Shown one piece after another: positions 47,280-56,893 of a DNA stretch of 64,000 nucleotides (within the stretch, counting starts at the first letter, position 1; every line of letters begins with the position of its first letter). Both the position numbers and the translations under genes were made by a program. The stretch is from an uncultured Candidatus Saccharibacteria bacterium. Its GTDB lineage: Bacteria > Patescibacteriota > Doudnabacteria > UBA920. Below the pieces are notes generated by a model that was not told where the DNA came from, ran no database searches, and saw only the letters and a list, made by a program, of their open reading frames with translations. The stretch lies in the NCBI GenBank assembly GCA_964416765.1, contig CAYQEU010000001.1:65675-129674 (forward strand), written 5' to 3'.

Positions 47280-47969
47280 ATGAATATAGACAACAGAAAC
47301 CGAAAAATTTTCCTGGTAAGCCTTGCGGCAATAGCCGTCATAAGCATTGGCTTTAACCAATTCAAAGACCGGACACCTAAAAACTTGATTACTTACAAGG
47401 ACCCCCAGTTAACTGAACAGGAAAAACAGGCTATACAGAAGCAGCTGGATGACGCTGAAAATGCCTTAAAAAACTTACCAGCCAACGCTTCCGGGGAACA
47501 GCGCTACCGCGGTTACATGCAGGTTGGACTCATAAACTATGAGCTGGGCCAATATAGCAAGGCCGAGGAAGTATACAAGGAAGCGGTAAAGCTGGATGAC
47601 AAAAACTCGATTGCTTATCACGAATTGTTTGTGGTGCAAAACGCCATGCATGATTACGACTCGGCCAAAACCAATATTGAAAAAGCAGTCCAGCTGGCGG
47701 GTAACAACCCACAATATTGGCGAGACCGGTTGGAATTGTTGAAGGGGCATTTCAACCCCACTAATCAGGAAATCGAAAAGATGTATCAGGATGCATTGAA
47801 TGCCACTAACAATGGAACTGACATAATTACGTCCTATGCCCAGTATTTGGAGGTGAAAGGGGACTTGGAAGGGGCTGTAAAGCAGTGGAAAGCCGCCATG
47901 GTCCAAAACCCATCCGCTACTGCCGCTTACCAACAGGAGATTGAGAGGATTCAAGCTAAACTTAAGTAG
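47280..47969 (+). CDS. Membrane-anchored TPR protein
   Basis: N-terminal TM; TPR patterns (G..NYELGQYSKAEEVYKEAVKLD, YA.YL...GD...A...W..A...NP). Confidence 0.85.
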   Translation: MNIDNRNRKIFLVSLAAIAVISIGFNQFKDRTPKNLITYKDPQLTEQEKQAIQKQLDDAENALKNLPANASGEQRYRGYMQVGLINYELGQYSKAEEVYKEAVKLDDKNSIAYHELFVVQNAMHDYDSAKTNIEKAVQLAGNNPQYWRDRLELLKGHFNPTNQEIEKMYQDALNATNNGTDIITSYAQYLEVKGDLEGAVKQWKAAMVQNPSATAAYQQEIERIQAKLK

Positions 47970-48021
47970 CAAAATCATAATTTCTAAGCCTGAAACTTCA
48001 CGTTTCAGGCTTTTAAAATAC

Positions 48022-48070
48022 TTGATTAAGCCAAGAATTTAATGTATGATAAGTATGAAATATCATACAT
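48022..48070 (+). promoter_or_regulatory. Promoter with inverted-repeat operator of the AbrB-MacAB operon
   Basis: TTGATT-17-TATGAT; ATGTATGATA (48042-48051), N9, TATCATACAT (48061-48070). Confidence 0.72.
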
Positions 48071-48077
48071 AAAACAT

Positions 48078-48365
48078 ATGCCTAAAAAAACCATAAACCA
48101 CGAATTCCAGGAAAAGATGTATGGGACTACCGCGGTGGGGGCACGGGGACAAATTGTCATCCCGGCCGAAGCCCGCAAGGACCTGAACATCAAGCCGGGA
48201 GACCGTCTGCTAGTCATGAGCAAGTTCAACAAAGCCCTGGGGCTAGTTAAGGCCGAAGACCTAGAGGGGCTAATTAAAATGGCGATGAAGGAAATTACGG
48301 ACCCGGCGCTAAAAGCCAAGATCAGGAAAGATTCAAAAAATTTATTTAACCTAATTAACAAGTAG
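48078..48365 (+). CDS. AbrB/MazE/SpoVT family DNA-binding regulator
   Basis: G...VG.RGQIVIPAEARK.L.I..GD.L. Confidence 0.9.
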   Translation: MPKKTINHEFQEKMYGTTAVGARGQIVIPAEARKDLNIKPGDRLLVMSKFNKALGLVKAEDLEGLIKMAMKEITDPALKAKIRKDSKNLFNLINK

Positions 48366-48366
48366 T

Positions 48367-49938
48367 ATGAGACGATTTTTGACAAAGAAATGGATTATCG
48401 GAGGTGTAGTAGTTTTGGTAATTCTGGCAGTAGTAGGAGTAAGCATTGCCCGCCGCAACAGCGGTACTGGCAATGTCCTGACCGATAACGTTAAAGCCCA
48501 GACCATAAAGCAAACCGTATTGGCAACCGGACAGGTTACCAGCAGTACCGATCTTAACCTGAGTTTTAAGGGCGCAGGCGTGGTTTCCAATGTAAATGTT
48601 TCTGTGGGCCAGCAAGTGAAAAACGGGGATGTCCTGGCTTCTTTAAGCATGCGTGACCAAGCCGCCAGCCTAACCACGGCTCGTGGCAGTTTGGCCCAAG
48701 CCCAGGCTAACTACAACAAAGTAATTGCCGGTGCTTCCGGTCCTGATATTGATATTGCAAAAGCAGCCGTTGCTGCCGCTCAAACTTCTTTGGACAATGC
48801 CAAGCGCGCGTATGACGCTACCAAGACCCAGCAGGGCGTATTGGTTAAAAATGCTCTATCAGCCCTATTAAATACTGGTATTAGCGCAACTCCCGTAGGA
48901 ACAACCGGGACCACTGCCAGCGTTGCTGCAAGTGGCACTTACACAGGCACTCAAATGGGCACGTATAATGTGAAAATTTATTATTCTGGTAATGGGGTCC
49001 AATACCAAGTTTCCGGCTTGGAAAGTGGAAACGGCCTGGTAAACCGTGGCATACCCCAACCTGTAGGTACTCGTGGCATTTATATAACCTTCGGTAACAC
49101 AGGAGATATTGCTGAAGGAAGCCAATGGAACGTGGAAATCCCAAATACCCAATCGGCCTCCTACACCGCTAATAACAACGCCTATCAGGCAGCCCTCCAG
49201 GGACGGGACCAGGCTCTGTTAAACGCTCAAAATGCCATCAATACGGCTCAATCCGGCTTAGACCAGGCCAATGCCTCTCTCGCGTTAAAACAGGCTGCCG
49301 CGCGGCCTGAGGACGTTGCCGCAGCTAGGGCTCAAATCCTGTCTGCCTCTGGCCAGGTCCAGGCCGCCTCCGCCGCCATTGAGAATGGTTTGGTACGGGC
49401 ACCGGCTGACGGAACCATAACCTCTATTGATGTAAAAGTAGGGGAACAGGCTACTCCGGGTAAATCAGCCATAGTGCTCCAGGACGTAAACAACCTGCAC
49501 GTTGAAGCCAACATCAGTGAAGCCAACATTGCCAATGTTAAGCCTGGTCAGGAAGTGGGATTTACTTTTGACGCTTTGGGCAGTGACCGGAAGTTTAAGG
49601 GAACCGTGGCTACCATAGACCCGGCTTCCACCGTTGTTTCCGGTGTTGTGAACTACAAGGTAACTGCTTCTTTGGAAAAACTGGAAGAGATTAAACCGGG
49701 CATGACCGCTAACATGACAGTCTTGGTTGCCACCAAGGAAAACGTTCTGGCGGTGCCAACTCGGGCTGTGCTTTCCCATGACAATAAGAAATTTGTGAGG
49801 GTAGTTGATGACCAAAAAAAGAAAACCTACCACGAAGTTGAAGTTGAAACCGGCATGGAAGCTGATGGGGGTATCGTGGAAATTACTTCCGGCCTCAGCG
49901 ACGGTCAGCAAATCGTGACCTTCATTAACAAGAAGTAG
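48367..49938 (+). CDS. MacA/YknX-like membrane fusion (adaptor) protein with an inserted beta-rich domain
   Basis: TM anchor, lipoyl halves (V.VGQ.VK.GD.LA; RAP.DG.I), long helical hairpin, beta-barrel PGMTA, EI.SGL..G. Confidence 0.88.
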   Translation: MRRFLTKKWIIGGVVVLVILAVVGVSIARRNSGTGNVLTDNVKAQTIKQTVLATGQVTSSTDLNLSFKGAGVVSNVNVSVGQQVKNGDVLASLSMRDQAASLTTARGSLAQAQANYNKVIAGASGPDIDIAKAAVAAAQTSLDNAKRAYDATKTQQGVLVKNALSALLNTGISATPVGTTGTTASVAASGTYTGTQMGTYNVKIYYSGNGVQYQVSGLESGNGLVNRGIPQPVGTRGIYITFGNTGDIAEGSQWNVEIPNTQSASYTANNNAYQAALQGRDQALLNAQNAINTAQSGLDQANASLALKQAAARPEDVAAARAQILSASGQVQAASAAIENGLVRAPADGTITSIDVKVGEQATPGKSAIVLQDVNNLHVEANISEANIANVKPGQEVGFTFDALGSDRKFKGTVATIDPASTVVSGVVNYKVTASLEKLEEIKPGMTANMTVLVATKENVLAVPTRAVLSHDNKKFVRVVDDQKKKTYHEVEVETGMEADGGIVEITSGLSDGQQIVTFINKK

Positions 49939-49941
49939 GTC

Positions 49942-50658
49942 ATGCCCCTCATTAAAGTTGAAGACTTAAAAAAAGACTACCTCAACGACGACGTAGTCAC
50001 TCCCGTGCTAAAAGGGGTCAGCTTTACTATTGATCCGGGGGAGTTTGTGGCTATTATGGGACCTTCCGGTTCGGGGAAATCGACCTTGATGCACATCCTG
50101 GGGTTTTTGGACCGGCCGACTTCCGGCAAGTTTGAGTTTGAGGGAAAAGACACTACCACTTTTGATGATGACCAGCTGGCGGAAATCCGTAATGAGCGCA
50201 TTGGGTTCGTGTTCCAGGCCTTTAATTTACTGCCCCGCACCAGCGTTTTGGAAAACGTTAAACTGCCCTTAATTTACGGCACCAAAAAGAACCAGGTGGA
50301 ACTGGCTAAGAAAGCTCTGGAATCGGTAGGATTGGCTGACCGCATGAGCTACATGAGCAACCAGATTTCCGGTGGGCAGAAACAGCGCGTGGCCATTGCG
50401 CGGGCGCTTGTGTGCGACCCGGCTGTTATCTTTGCGGATGAGCCTACCGGGAACCTTGATTCCAAGTCCGGCAACACAGTCATGAAAATTTTGCAGGACC
50501 TCAACGCCGCGGGCAGGACCATAATTTTGGTTACGCACGAACAAGAAACGGCTGAGCACGCCAAGCGCATCATGCGCATCCGCGACGGCTTGGTTACATC
50601 TGATGAAAAAGTCGTGAACCGCAAGTTTGCCAGCGAAGAAGGTGATTTAGTTAAATAA
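49942..50658 (+). CDS. ABC ATP-binding protein (MacB/LolD type)
   Basis: [37 protein letters not shown]. Confidence 0.95.
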   Translation: MPLIKVEDLKKDYLNDDVVTPVLKGVSFTIDPGEFVAIMGPSGSGKSTLMHILGFLDRPTSGKFEFEGKDTTTFDDDQLAEIRNERIGFVFQAFNLLPRTSVLENVKLPLIYGTKKNQVELAKKALESVGLADRMSYMSNQISGGQKQRVAIARALVCDPAVIFADEPTGNLDSKSGNTVMKILQDLNAAGRTIILVTHEQETAEHAKRIMRIRDGLVTSDEKVVNRKFASEEGDLVK

Positions 50659-51896
50659 TGAGATTTTACACCGATTTTAAAATGGTTTTGGCGGGGCTGC
50701 GCGCCCGGGCGGGACGTTCTTTTTTGACCATCCTCGGCATCGTCATTGGCGTTGCCGGTGTGGTTATTATCATTGCCTTGGGAGCTGGCGCACAAAGCCT
50801 GGTGCTAGGGCAGATCAACAAAATCGGGACCAATTTAATCGCGGTACTGCCGGGAAAGAGCAACGAGAAGGGTCCGCCCGCCTCCGTGTTCGGTATTTCC
50901 ATAAAAACTTTGACTACTGATGATGCGGAGGCCATGCGCGACCCATCCCGGTTCCCGCATATTGTGGGGGTGGCCAGCGTGGTGCGCGGAGGAGCAACCG
51001 TGGTGTGGCGCAACGAAAGCGTGGACACCCAGTTTACCGGTACTGATGACGGGTGGACTAAAATCCAAAACGTGGAGCTGGAAGAAGGACGGTTTTTTGA
51101 TGACCGGGAAGCGTTAACGGGCAACGTAATTGTTTTGGGGTATGACGTGGCCCAGCAACTGTTTGGAGACACTGACCCTGTGGGTCAAGTAGTGAAGATC
51201 AAGAACGTCCCGTTTCAGGTCATTGGGGTACAAGTAAAGCGGGGGACTGTGGCGTTCCAGAACCAGGATGACCAGGTGTATATCCCTCTCAAACTTGCCC
51301 AGGAGCAGATCCTGGGAATCCGCTATTTACAGGGCATAAACGCCAAAATAGACGATAAAGCCAACGTGGAATCTACCATTGCGGACGTCAGACAGATGCT
51401 CAAAGAGCGCCATCACATTGGGGCCAATGAAGACGAAGATTTTTCGGTGCGGGATTTGGCCGGTGCCATCGCTCTGCTTACCACCATAACTGACGCGTTG
51501 CGTTTATTCCTGGTGGCCATGGCGAGTCTGTCTTTGATTGTCGGCGGCATTGGTATTATGAACATCATGCTGGTAACCGTGGCCGAACGAACCCGGGAGA
51601 TTGGCTTGCGGAAAGCCGTGGGAGCCACCAATCGCGCGGTGCGCAATCAGTTCCTGTTGGAGTCCAGCATCACCACATTGATCGGTGGCATAATGGGTAT
51701 TTTGGTTGGTTCGTTGATTGCATACCTCATTGCCTTAGGAGCCCGCTACGCCGGATACGACTGGGCCTTTGTGATTTCACCGGTGTCCATTGTCCTGGCT
51801 TTGGGAGTATCAGCGCTGACGGGAATACTGTTTGGGCTGTATCCGGCTTTTAAGGCGGCCAAGCTTAACCCAATTGAAGCTTTAAGGTACGAATAA
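50658..51896 (+). CDS. ABC permease (MacB/FtsX family)
   Basis: [55 protein letters not shown]. Confidence 0.95.
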   Translation: MRFYTDFKMVLAGLRARAGRSFLTILGIVIGVAGVVIIIALGAGAQSLVLGQINKIGTNLIAVLPGKSNEKGPPASVFGISIKTLTTDDAEAMRDPSRFPHIVGVASVVRGGATVVWRNESVDTQFTGTDDGWTKIQNVELEEGRFFDDREALTGNVIVLGYDVAQQLFGDTDPVGQVVKIKNVPFQVIGVQVKRGTVAFQNQDDQVYIPLKLAQEQILGIRYLQGINAKIDDKANVESTIADVRQMLKERHHIGANEDEDFSVRDLAGAIALLTTITDALRLFLVAMASLSLIVGGIGIMNIMLVTVAERTREIGLRKAVGATNRAVRNQFLLESSITTLIGGIMGILVGSLIAYLIALGARYAGYDWAFVISPVSIVLALGVSALTGILFGLYPAFKAAKLNPIEALRYE

Positions 51897-53143
51897 TGTT
51901 TTCATCTTTCCAACAAGCTATCCGGGGATTGACCTCCAACCTGACTCGAACTGCTCTAACCACTTTGGGTATCGTCATTGGTATTGCCACTGTGATCGTG
52001 GTGCTTTCCGCCGGTGCCGGATTCAACAGTTTCATTAATAACCAGCTTCAGACTTTGGGTACCAACAGCATTACCGTGGAAACCCATGTGCCGCCAACCA
52101 CCAAAGCCCGCAGTCAGGGTAGTACCGGAGGAGACGCGGCCAGTTTCGCGACCCAGGTGACTACGCTAAAGAACAAAGACACGGAAGACCTGAAGCGTTT
52201 GCCGAATATTGAAGACGCGTACGGCGCTGTTATTGGACAGCAGGTAACTTCGTACAAAGATGTTTCCAAGAACACTAATGTGTTCGGCGCGGACGCCTCG
52301 CGTTTCACCATCGACCAGACGGTCATTGCCAGCGGCCGGCCGTACACAGAGCAGGAAGATGCCGCCGCCGCTCAGGTAGCAGTGCTGGGTGCTGATATTG
52401 CCACTGACCTGTTCGGGGATGAAGACCCCATTGGCAAAACTATCCGCCTCGGTACCTACAATTTCCAGGTTATCGGGGTGTACGAAAAGAAGTCCCTCAG
52501 CCTTAACGGGGAAGGGGAATTTGTCTATATTCCGCTTAATACAGCGCAAAAAAAGCTTTTGGGGATAGATTATTTGTTCTATATATTAGCCCAGGCCAAG
52601 GATAACAGCATTTCGGAAGGTACGGCCGAGGACATGCGGGCGGTGCTGCGTTCAAACCATGGGATACAGGATCCTGCCAAGGATGACTTCATGGTAAACA
52701 CCCAGGCGGGCAACCTGGAAACTTTCAATACTATTTTGACCGGCGTCACGTTTTTGCTCATCGCGGTTGCCGCCATTTCTTTGCTCGTGGGCGGAGTCGG
52801 GATTATGAACATTATGTATGTTGTTGTAACCGAACGCATCGCCGAGATTGGTTTGAAGAAAGCTTTGGGCGCCCGCAACTTCGACATCTTGGCTGAGTTC
52901 CTGATTGAAGCAATCTTGCTCACCGTGGCCGGGGGAGTACTGGGAATTTTACTGGGAGCGGGACTGTCTTACCTGGTGGCGCTTGCTGCCAACGCCTTTG
53001 GTTTTGCCTGGACGTTTACCGTTCCGATTTCCGGGATCTTGCTCGGGGTAGGTGTGTCGAGTACTATAGGACTAATCTTCGGGGTGTTTCCGGCCCGAAG
53101 GGCATCAAAAATGAACCCGATAGAAGCGTTGGGACATGAATAA
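51896..53143 (+). CDS. Second ABC permease (MacB/FtsX family)
   Basis: LTTLGIVIGI, VGGVGIMNIMYV.V.ERI.EIGL.KALGA, NPIEAL. Confidence 0.95.
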   Translation: MFSSFQQAIRGLTSNLTRTALTTLGIVIGIATVIVVLSAGAGFNSFINNQLQTLGTNSITVETHVPPTTKARSQGSTGGDAASFATQVTTLKNKDTEDLKRLPNIEDAYGAVIGQQVTSYKDVSKNTNVFGADASRFTIDQTVIASGRPYTEQEDAAAAQVAVLGADIATDLFGDEDPIGKTIRLGTYNFQVIGVYEKKSLSLNGEGEFVYIPLNTAQKKLLGIDYLFYILAQAKDNSISEGTAEDMRAVLRSNHGIQDPAKDDFMVNTQAGNLETFNTILTGVTFLLIAVAAISLLVGGVGIMNIMYVVVTERIAEIGLKKALGARNFDILAEFLIEAILLTVAGGVLGILLGAGLSYLVALAANAFGFAWTFTVPISGILLGVGVSSTIGLIFGVFPARRASKMNPIEALGHE

Positions 53144-53167
53144 AGACCGCCGCGGCGGTCTTTTTTT
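53142..53167 (+). terminator. Intrinsic terminator
   Basis: AAAGACCGCC/GGCGGTCTTT followed by a T run. Confidence 0.8.
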
Positions 53168-53232
53168 GGCTTTGACAAAAGGGTTTTTGTGGCATACCAT
53201 TAGTTATCATAAGCTTCTAACCCCTAAACAAC

Positions 53233-56200
53233 ATGCGCAAAATCTACATAGCAGCCGTGTTTGTGCTCACGCTTGGTTTATTTCCAAGCGCAGCCTTAGC
53301 TGCAAACCACACCTTGGATTTGAATATTAGCGGCAGTGGTACGGTCACCAGCAGTCCGGCCGGAATCAATTGTACGGATGACTGTAATCACGCTTTCAAC
53401 AGCGGCACGGTAGTCACACTGAACGCAGTGGCAGCTTCGGGGTATATGTTTTCCGGTTGGTCCGGTGATTGCTCAGGTACAGGCTCGTGCGTGGTTACTT
53501 TAAGTTCCACCAAGCATGTTACGGCTACTTTTACTAAAGTTTATTCTTTAAATATTGCCAAAGCTGGTACTGGCTCCGGAACTGTGGCCACCCTTGATTC
53601 ACATATCAATTGCGGTTCTACCTGTACTTACCCAAACTATACTTTTGGAACCTGGGTCACTCTATTCGCGACCCCCTCTAGCGGCTCAACTTTTACCGGC
53701 TGGTCGGGAGGAACTTGTAGTGGTACCAGTTTCTGTTTATTTTTCCTGACCGCAAACACTACAGTCACCGCAAATTTTTCCGCCATTACTAGGACTCTTT
53801 CCGTTACCTCCGGCACCGGAGGCACTGTTACCAGCAGCCCTGCAGGCATCAATTGTGGAGCCACCTGTTCAGCCGGCTTTAATGACAGCACTACCGTAAC
53901 CCTGACCGCCACCCCAAATACTGGCTACTTGTTTACTGGCTGGTCGGGCGCTTGCAGTAACGCTAACGGTAACTGTGTGGTGACAATGAATAGCAATAAA
54001 AGTGTCACAGCTTCTTTCGCGATAGCAACGTATGCCATGAATGTGGGAACCGATGGACACGGCACAGTTACCAGCAGTCCTGCGGGCATAAATTGTGGAG
54101 TGGCCTGTACCGCGACATATAACTATGGCACTTCTGTAACCCTTACAGCCAACCCAGACAGCGGTTATACCTTTGCTGGTTGGTCGGGTGATTGTTCCGG
54201 CACCGGCACCTGTAACGTGTCCATGACAGCGACAAAGAACGTTACCGCCAACTTTAATTTGATCATAGTTATAAATCACCGCACTCTGACAGTAAGTAAA
54301 ACCGGCACAGGTGCCGGATTAGTTACTAGTGATGATGGCAATATTAACTGTGGGGCAACCTGCAGTAAGGACGGCTACAACGGCAGTGATCACATTGCTT
54401 TAACCGCGCTAGCAGATTCGGGCTCTACATTTACCGGCTGGTCCGGCGACTGTACCGGTATGACGTGCTCGGTTCATATGAGCCAGAATCGTAACGTTAC
54501 CGCCAACTTTGATGTTAGCGGCGAGCCTCTTTCTCCGACCCCTATCACCAAGGATGCGACTAGTGTTACCACCTCAGACGCGGTACTGAACGCCACCAAC
54601 GGACAATTGGATGCTACCGGCCACTCGTTCTGGGTTTCCACTTCACCCTTTAGCACCGCTTCGCCATCTATCCCTTCCGGGGTATACTCCAGCCCCGACC
54701 TGGGCGCGATTTCCGCCAACGCTAATTTCTCTTACAACCTTTCTGATATAACCCTTCATGGTGTGCCGGGTAACCTTCCCGCCATCACCCCAAACACCCA
54801 CTACTATTTTGTGGCTTGGTCATTGGTTGGCGGCACTTGGTATCCGGGACAGCAGCTCGACTTTACCACGGCTGCCGCTGGCCCAACCTACGTAACGGTT
54901 ACTATTGCTAAATATGTTAACGGTTCTCATGCGACCGCTGAAAATACCAACAGCGCTACTTTCCCAATGCAGTCTACCTGGTCTGCGGACAACATTGGTT
55001 CTGGAACAGGGAACTACTCTTTAAGCACTTCCGGTTTCAACAATCCGAACGCTTACGAAGCGACCACCTCACTCATGACCTCAGGTGCCAGCTATACTAC
55101 CCATGAGACAGCTACCGAGTCCTGTACCGCTGCGTATCCGTTTGCTCTGATGGGTTATTCCACCGGTGCCAGTTTGGCCGGTGCTGAAGCAGCTGGAATG
55201 TCTACCGACGCTCCAAGCCTTACCAATATTACCGGCGACCAGTACATTATTGTTTGGAACAAAACTTGTCCGCCTGCGCCAACTCATCTTAGCCCGGCCG
55301 ACAACAGCACCATGACCAGCGCCGCTCTAACTGAAATTGATTGGACTGACGTAACTGACCCCGCCGCCCCGATAGTTTATTACTACGAATCATCCAATTC
55401 TTCCAGTGTTAAACCTGACGGTTCCTTTACTTCACCTGTTTACTCTTCGGGTGCTTTGTCTGAATCCCGTATTTCGACATTGGGTACCCCTAACGGTGTT
55501 TACTACTGGCATGTCCGGGCAAAGGATTCCGCTGGCAACTACAGCAGCTGGACTTCACCTTGGAAAGTAACAGTTGCCGACGCTCCCGCTCCGGTGACAG
55601 GATCTATTTCCGGCAGCAAGTTCCTGGACGCTAACGCTAACGGCGTTTGGGATGAGGGCGAACAAGCCCTTTCCGACTGGAGCATCACCCTTTGGCAGCC
55701 TTCTGATTCAGACAGCGAAGAGTCATCCGGCCCAGCCGGCATGATCATGGTTGATTCCACTACTACTAATGAGGATGGAAACTACTCTTTCACAGGATTA
55801 GCAAACGGCGAATATGTTGTTTGTGAAGACCTGTCCGGTCCATCCCAAATAACCTTATTGCTCGCTGAAATACAGACTCCAAGCTGGTTCCAAAGCTTCC
55901 CTGGAGAAGGCGTTGACTGTGGTGATAACGGCTTTGGCTACGGCATTACTATTAATACTTCCGACGAAGAAGGCACATCTTTCACCGGTATCGACTTTGG
56001 CAACTACCAACTCGGTTCTATTTCAGGGCTAAAGTTTAATGATTCTGACCAGGACGGAGTTTACGATTCTGAAAATGGTGAATTCGGTTTGTCCGGATGG
56101 TTCATCCAGCTATATGACTCAACCGGCACTACTTTACTCGATACCGCGACCACAGATGAAGGTGGGTTCTATTCCTTCGACCAGCTCACTCCGGGCACTT

Positions 56201-56829
56201 ACATGCTCAAGGAAGTTAACCAGAGCGGATGGGTTGCGACTGTCCCGGTTGACCCGGCAAGCTTTACCGTAAACGTAACCTCGGGCACTGATTCAACCGA
56301 ATACAACTTTGGTAACCACTTCAACGGCAATGGCGGCGGAGGTGGCGGCGGAGGAGGACTTCCCCCAGCGCCTCCAGGTGGAACTGGCGGTAATGGTGGC
56401 AATGGAGGAAATGGAAATCCTGGCAACCCAGGTAACGGCGGTACTAATCCTCCAGGGTTAGTACTGGGCGATAATACCGGCAATGGCGGTAACGGTGGAA
56501 CTGGCGGTAATGGCGGAACCGGTAACATTGGTACCGGCGGTGCTTTCTCTAATAACGGCGGCACAGGCAACGGTGGAACTGGCGGTAATGGTGGACAAGG
56601 CCAGGTATTGGGTGCCAGCACGGACCAGCCTCAGGTAGCACAGGCCGACCAAGGCCAGGTTGAAGGCGATTCTACCAGCAACGATTCAAATGGAAACCAG
56701 AACTCCAATAATAGCAACACAAACCACAACGCTTGGTGGTGGTGGCTGCTCCTGCTCCTGATCCTGATTGCCCTCTACCTCTGGTGGAGAAATCGCAACA
56801 AGGGTAACGGCAACGGCCCGACTGCATAA
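53233..56829 (+). CDS. Large membrane-anchored adhesin-like protein: five InlB-B-like Cys repeats, Fn3-like domain, two SdrD-B/CnaB domains, Gly/Asn linker, C-terminal TM
   Basis: Repeats G.GTVTSSPAGINCG..C...GT.VTLTA...G..F.GWSG.C; GSISG.KF.D.N..G..D..E..L..W; WWWWLLLLLILIALYLWWRNRNK. Confidence 0.85.
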   Translation: MRKIYIAAVFVLTLGLFPSAALAANHTLDLNISGSGTVTSSPAGINCTDDCNHAFNSGTVVTLNAVAASGYMFSGWSGDCSGTGSCVVTLSSTKHVTATFTKVYSLNIAKAGTGSGTVATLDSHINCGSTCTYPNYTFGTWVTLFATPSSGSTFTGWSGGTCSGTSFCLFFLTANTTVTANFSAITRTLSVTSGTGGTVTSSPAGINCGATCSAGFNDSTTVTLTATPNTGYLFTGWSGACSNANGNCVVTMNSNKSVTASFAIATYAMNVGTDGHGTVTSSPAGINCGVACTATYNYGTSVTLTANPDSGYTFAGWSGDCSGTGTCNVSMTATKNVTANFNLIIVINHRTLTVSKTGTGAGLVTSDDGNINCGATCSKDGYNGSDHIALTALADSGSTFTGWSGDCTGMTCSVHMSQNRNVTANFDVSGEPLSPTPITKDATSVTTSDAVLNATNGQLDATGHSFWVSTSPFSTASPSIPSGVYSSPDLGAISANANFSYNLSDITLHGVPGNLPAITPNTHYYFVAWSLVGGTWYPGQQLDFTTAAAGPTYVTVTIAKYVNGSHATAENTNSATFPMQSTWSADNIGSGTGNYSLSTSGFNNPNAYEATTSLMTSGASYTTHETATESCTAAYPFALMGYSTGASLAGAEAAGMSTDAPSLTNITGDQYIIVWNKTCPPAPTHLSPADNSTMTSAALTEIDWTDVTDPAAPIVYYYESSNSSSVKPDGSFTSPVYSSGALSESRISTLGTPNGVYYWHVRAKDSAGNYSSWTSPWKVTVADAPAPVTGSISGSKFLDANANGVWDEGEQALSDWSITLWQPSDSDSEESSGPAGMIMVDSTTTNEDGNYSFTGLANGEYVVCEDLSGPSQITLLLAEIQTPSWFQSFPGEGVDCGDNGFGYGITINTSDEEGTSFTGIDFGNYQLGSISGLKFNDSDQDGVYDSENGEFGLSGWFIQLYDSTGTTLLDTATTDEGGFYSFDQLTPGTYMLKEVNQSGWVATVPVDPASFTVNVTSGTDSTEYNFGNHFNGNGGGGGGGGGLPPAPPGGTGGNGGNGGNGNPGNPGNGGTNPPGLVLGDNTGNGGNGGTGGNGGTGNIGTGGAFSNNGGTGNGGTGGNGGQGQVLGASTDQPQVAQADQGQVEGDSTSNDSNGNQNSNNSNTNHNAWWWWLLLLLILIALYLWWRNRNKGNGNGPTA

Positions 56830-56846
56830 TCCGTTTAGATAAAACT

Positions 56847-56871
56847 AAAGCCCCGCGAATGCGGGGCTTTT
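56847..56871. terminator. Bidirectional terminator
   Basis: AAAGCCCCGC-GAAT-GCGGGGCTTTT between convergent genes. Confidence 0.82.
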
Positions 56872-56893
56872 AAATTAACTGATTATTCCTAAC

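Noticed and set aside
53330-54510. Five related repeats as a diversity-generating retroelement TR/VR pair
   Set aside because: They are tandem protein-domain repeats diverged at all base types; no reverse transcriptase is present in the window.
56320-56600. GGCGGTAATGG-like repeats as a CRISPR array or VNTR
   Set aside because: They are degenerate in-frame codon repeats encoding a Gly/Asn linker, with no constant repeat-spacer period and no cas genes.
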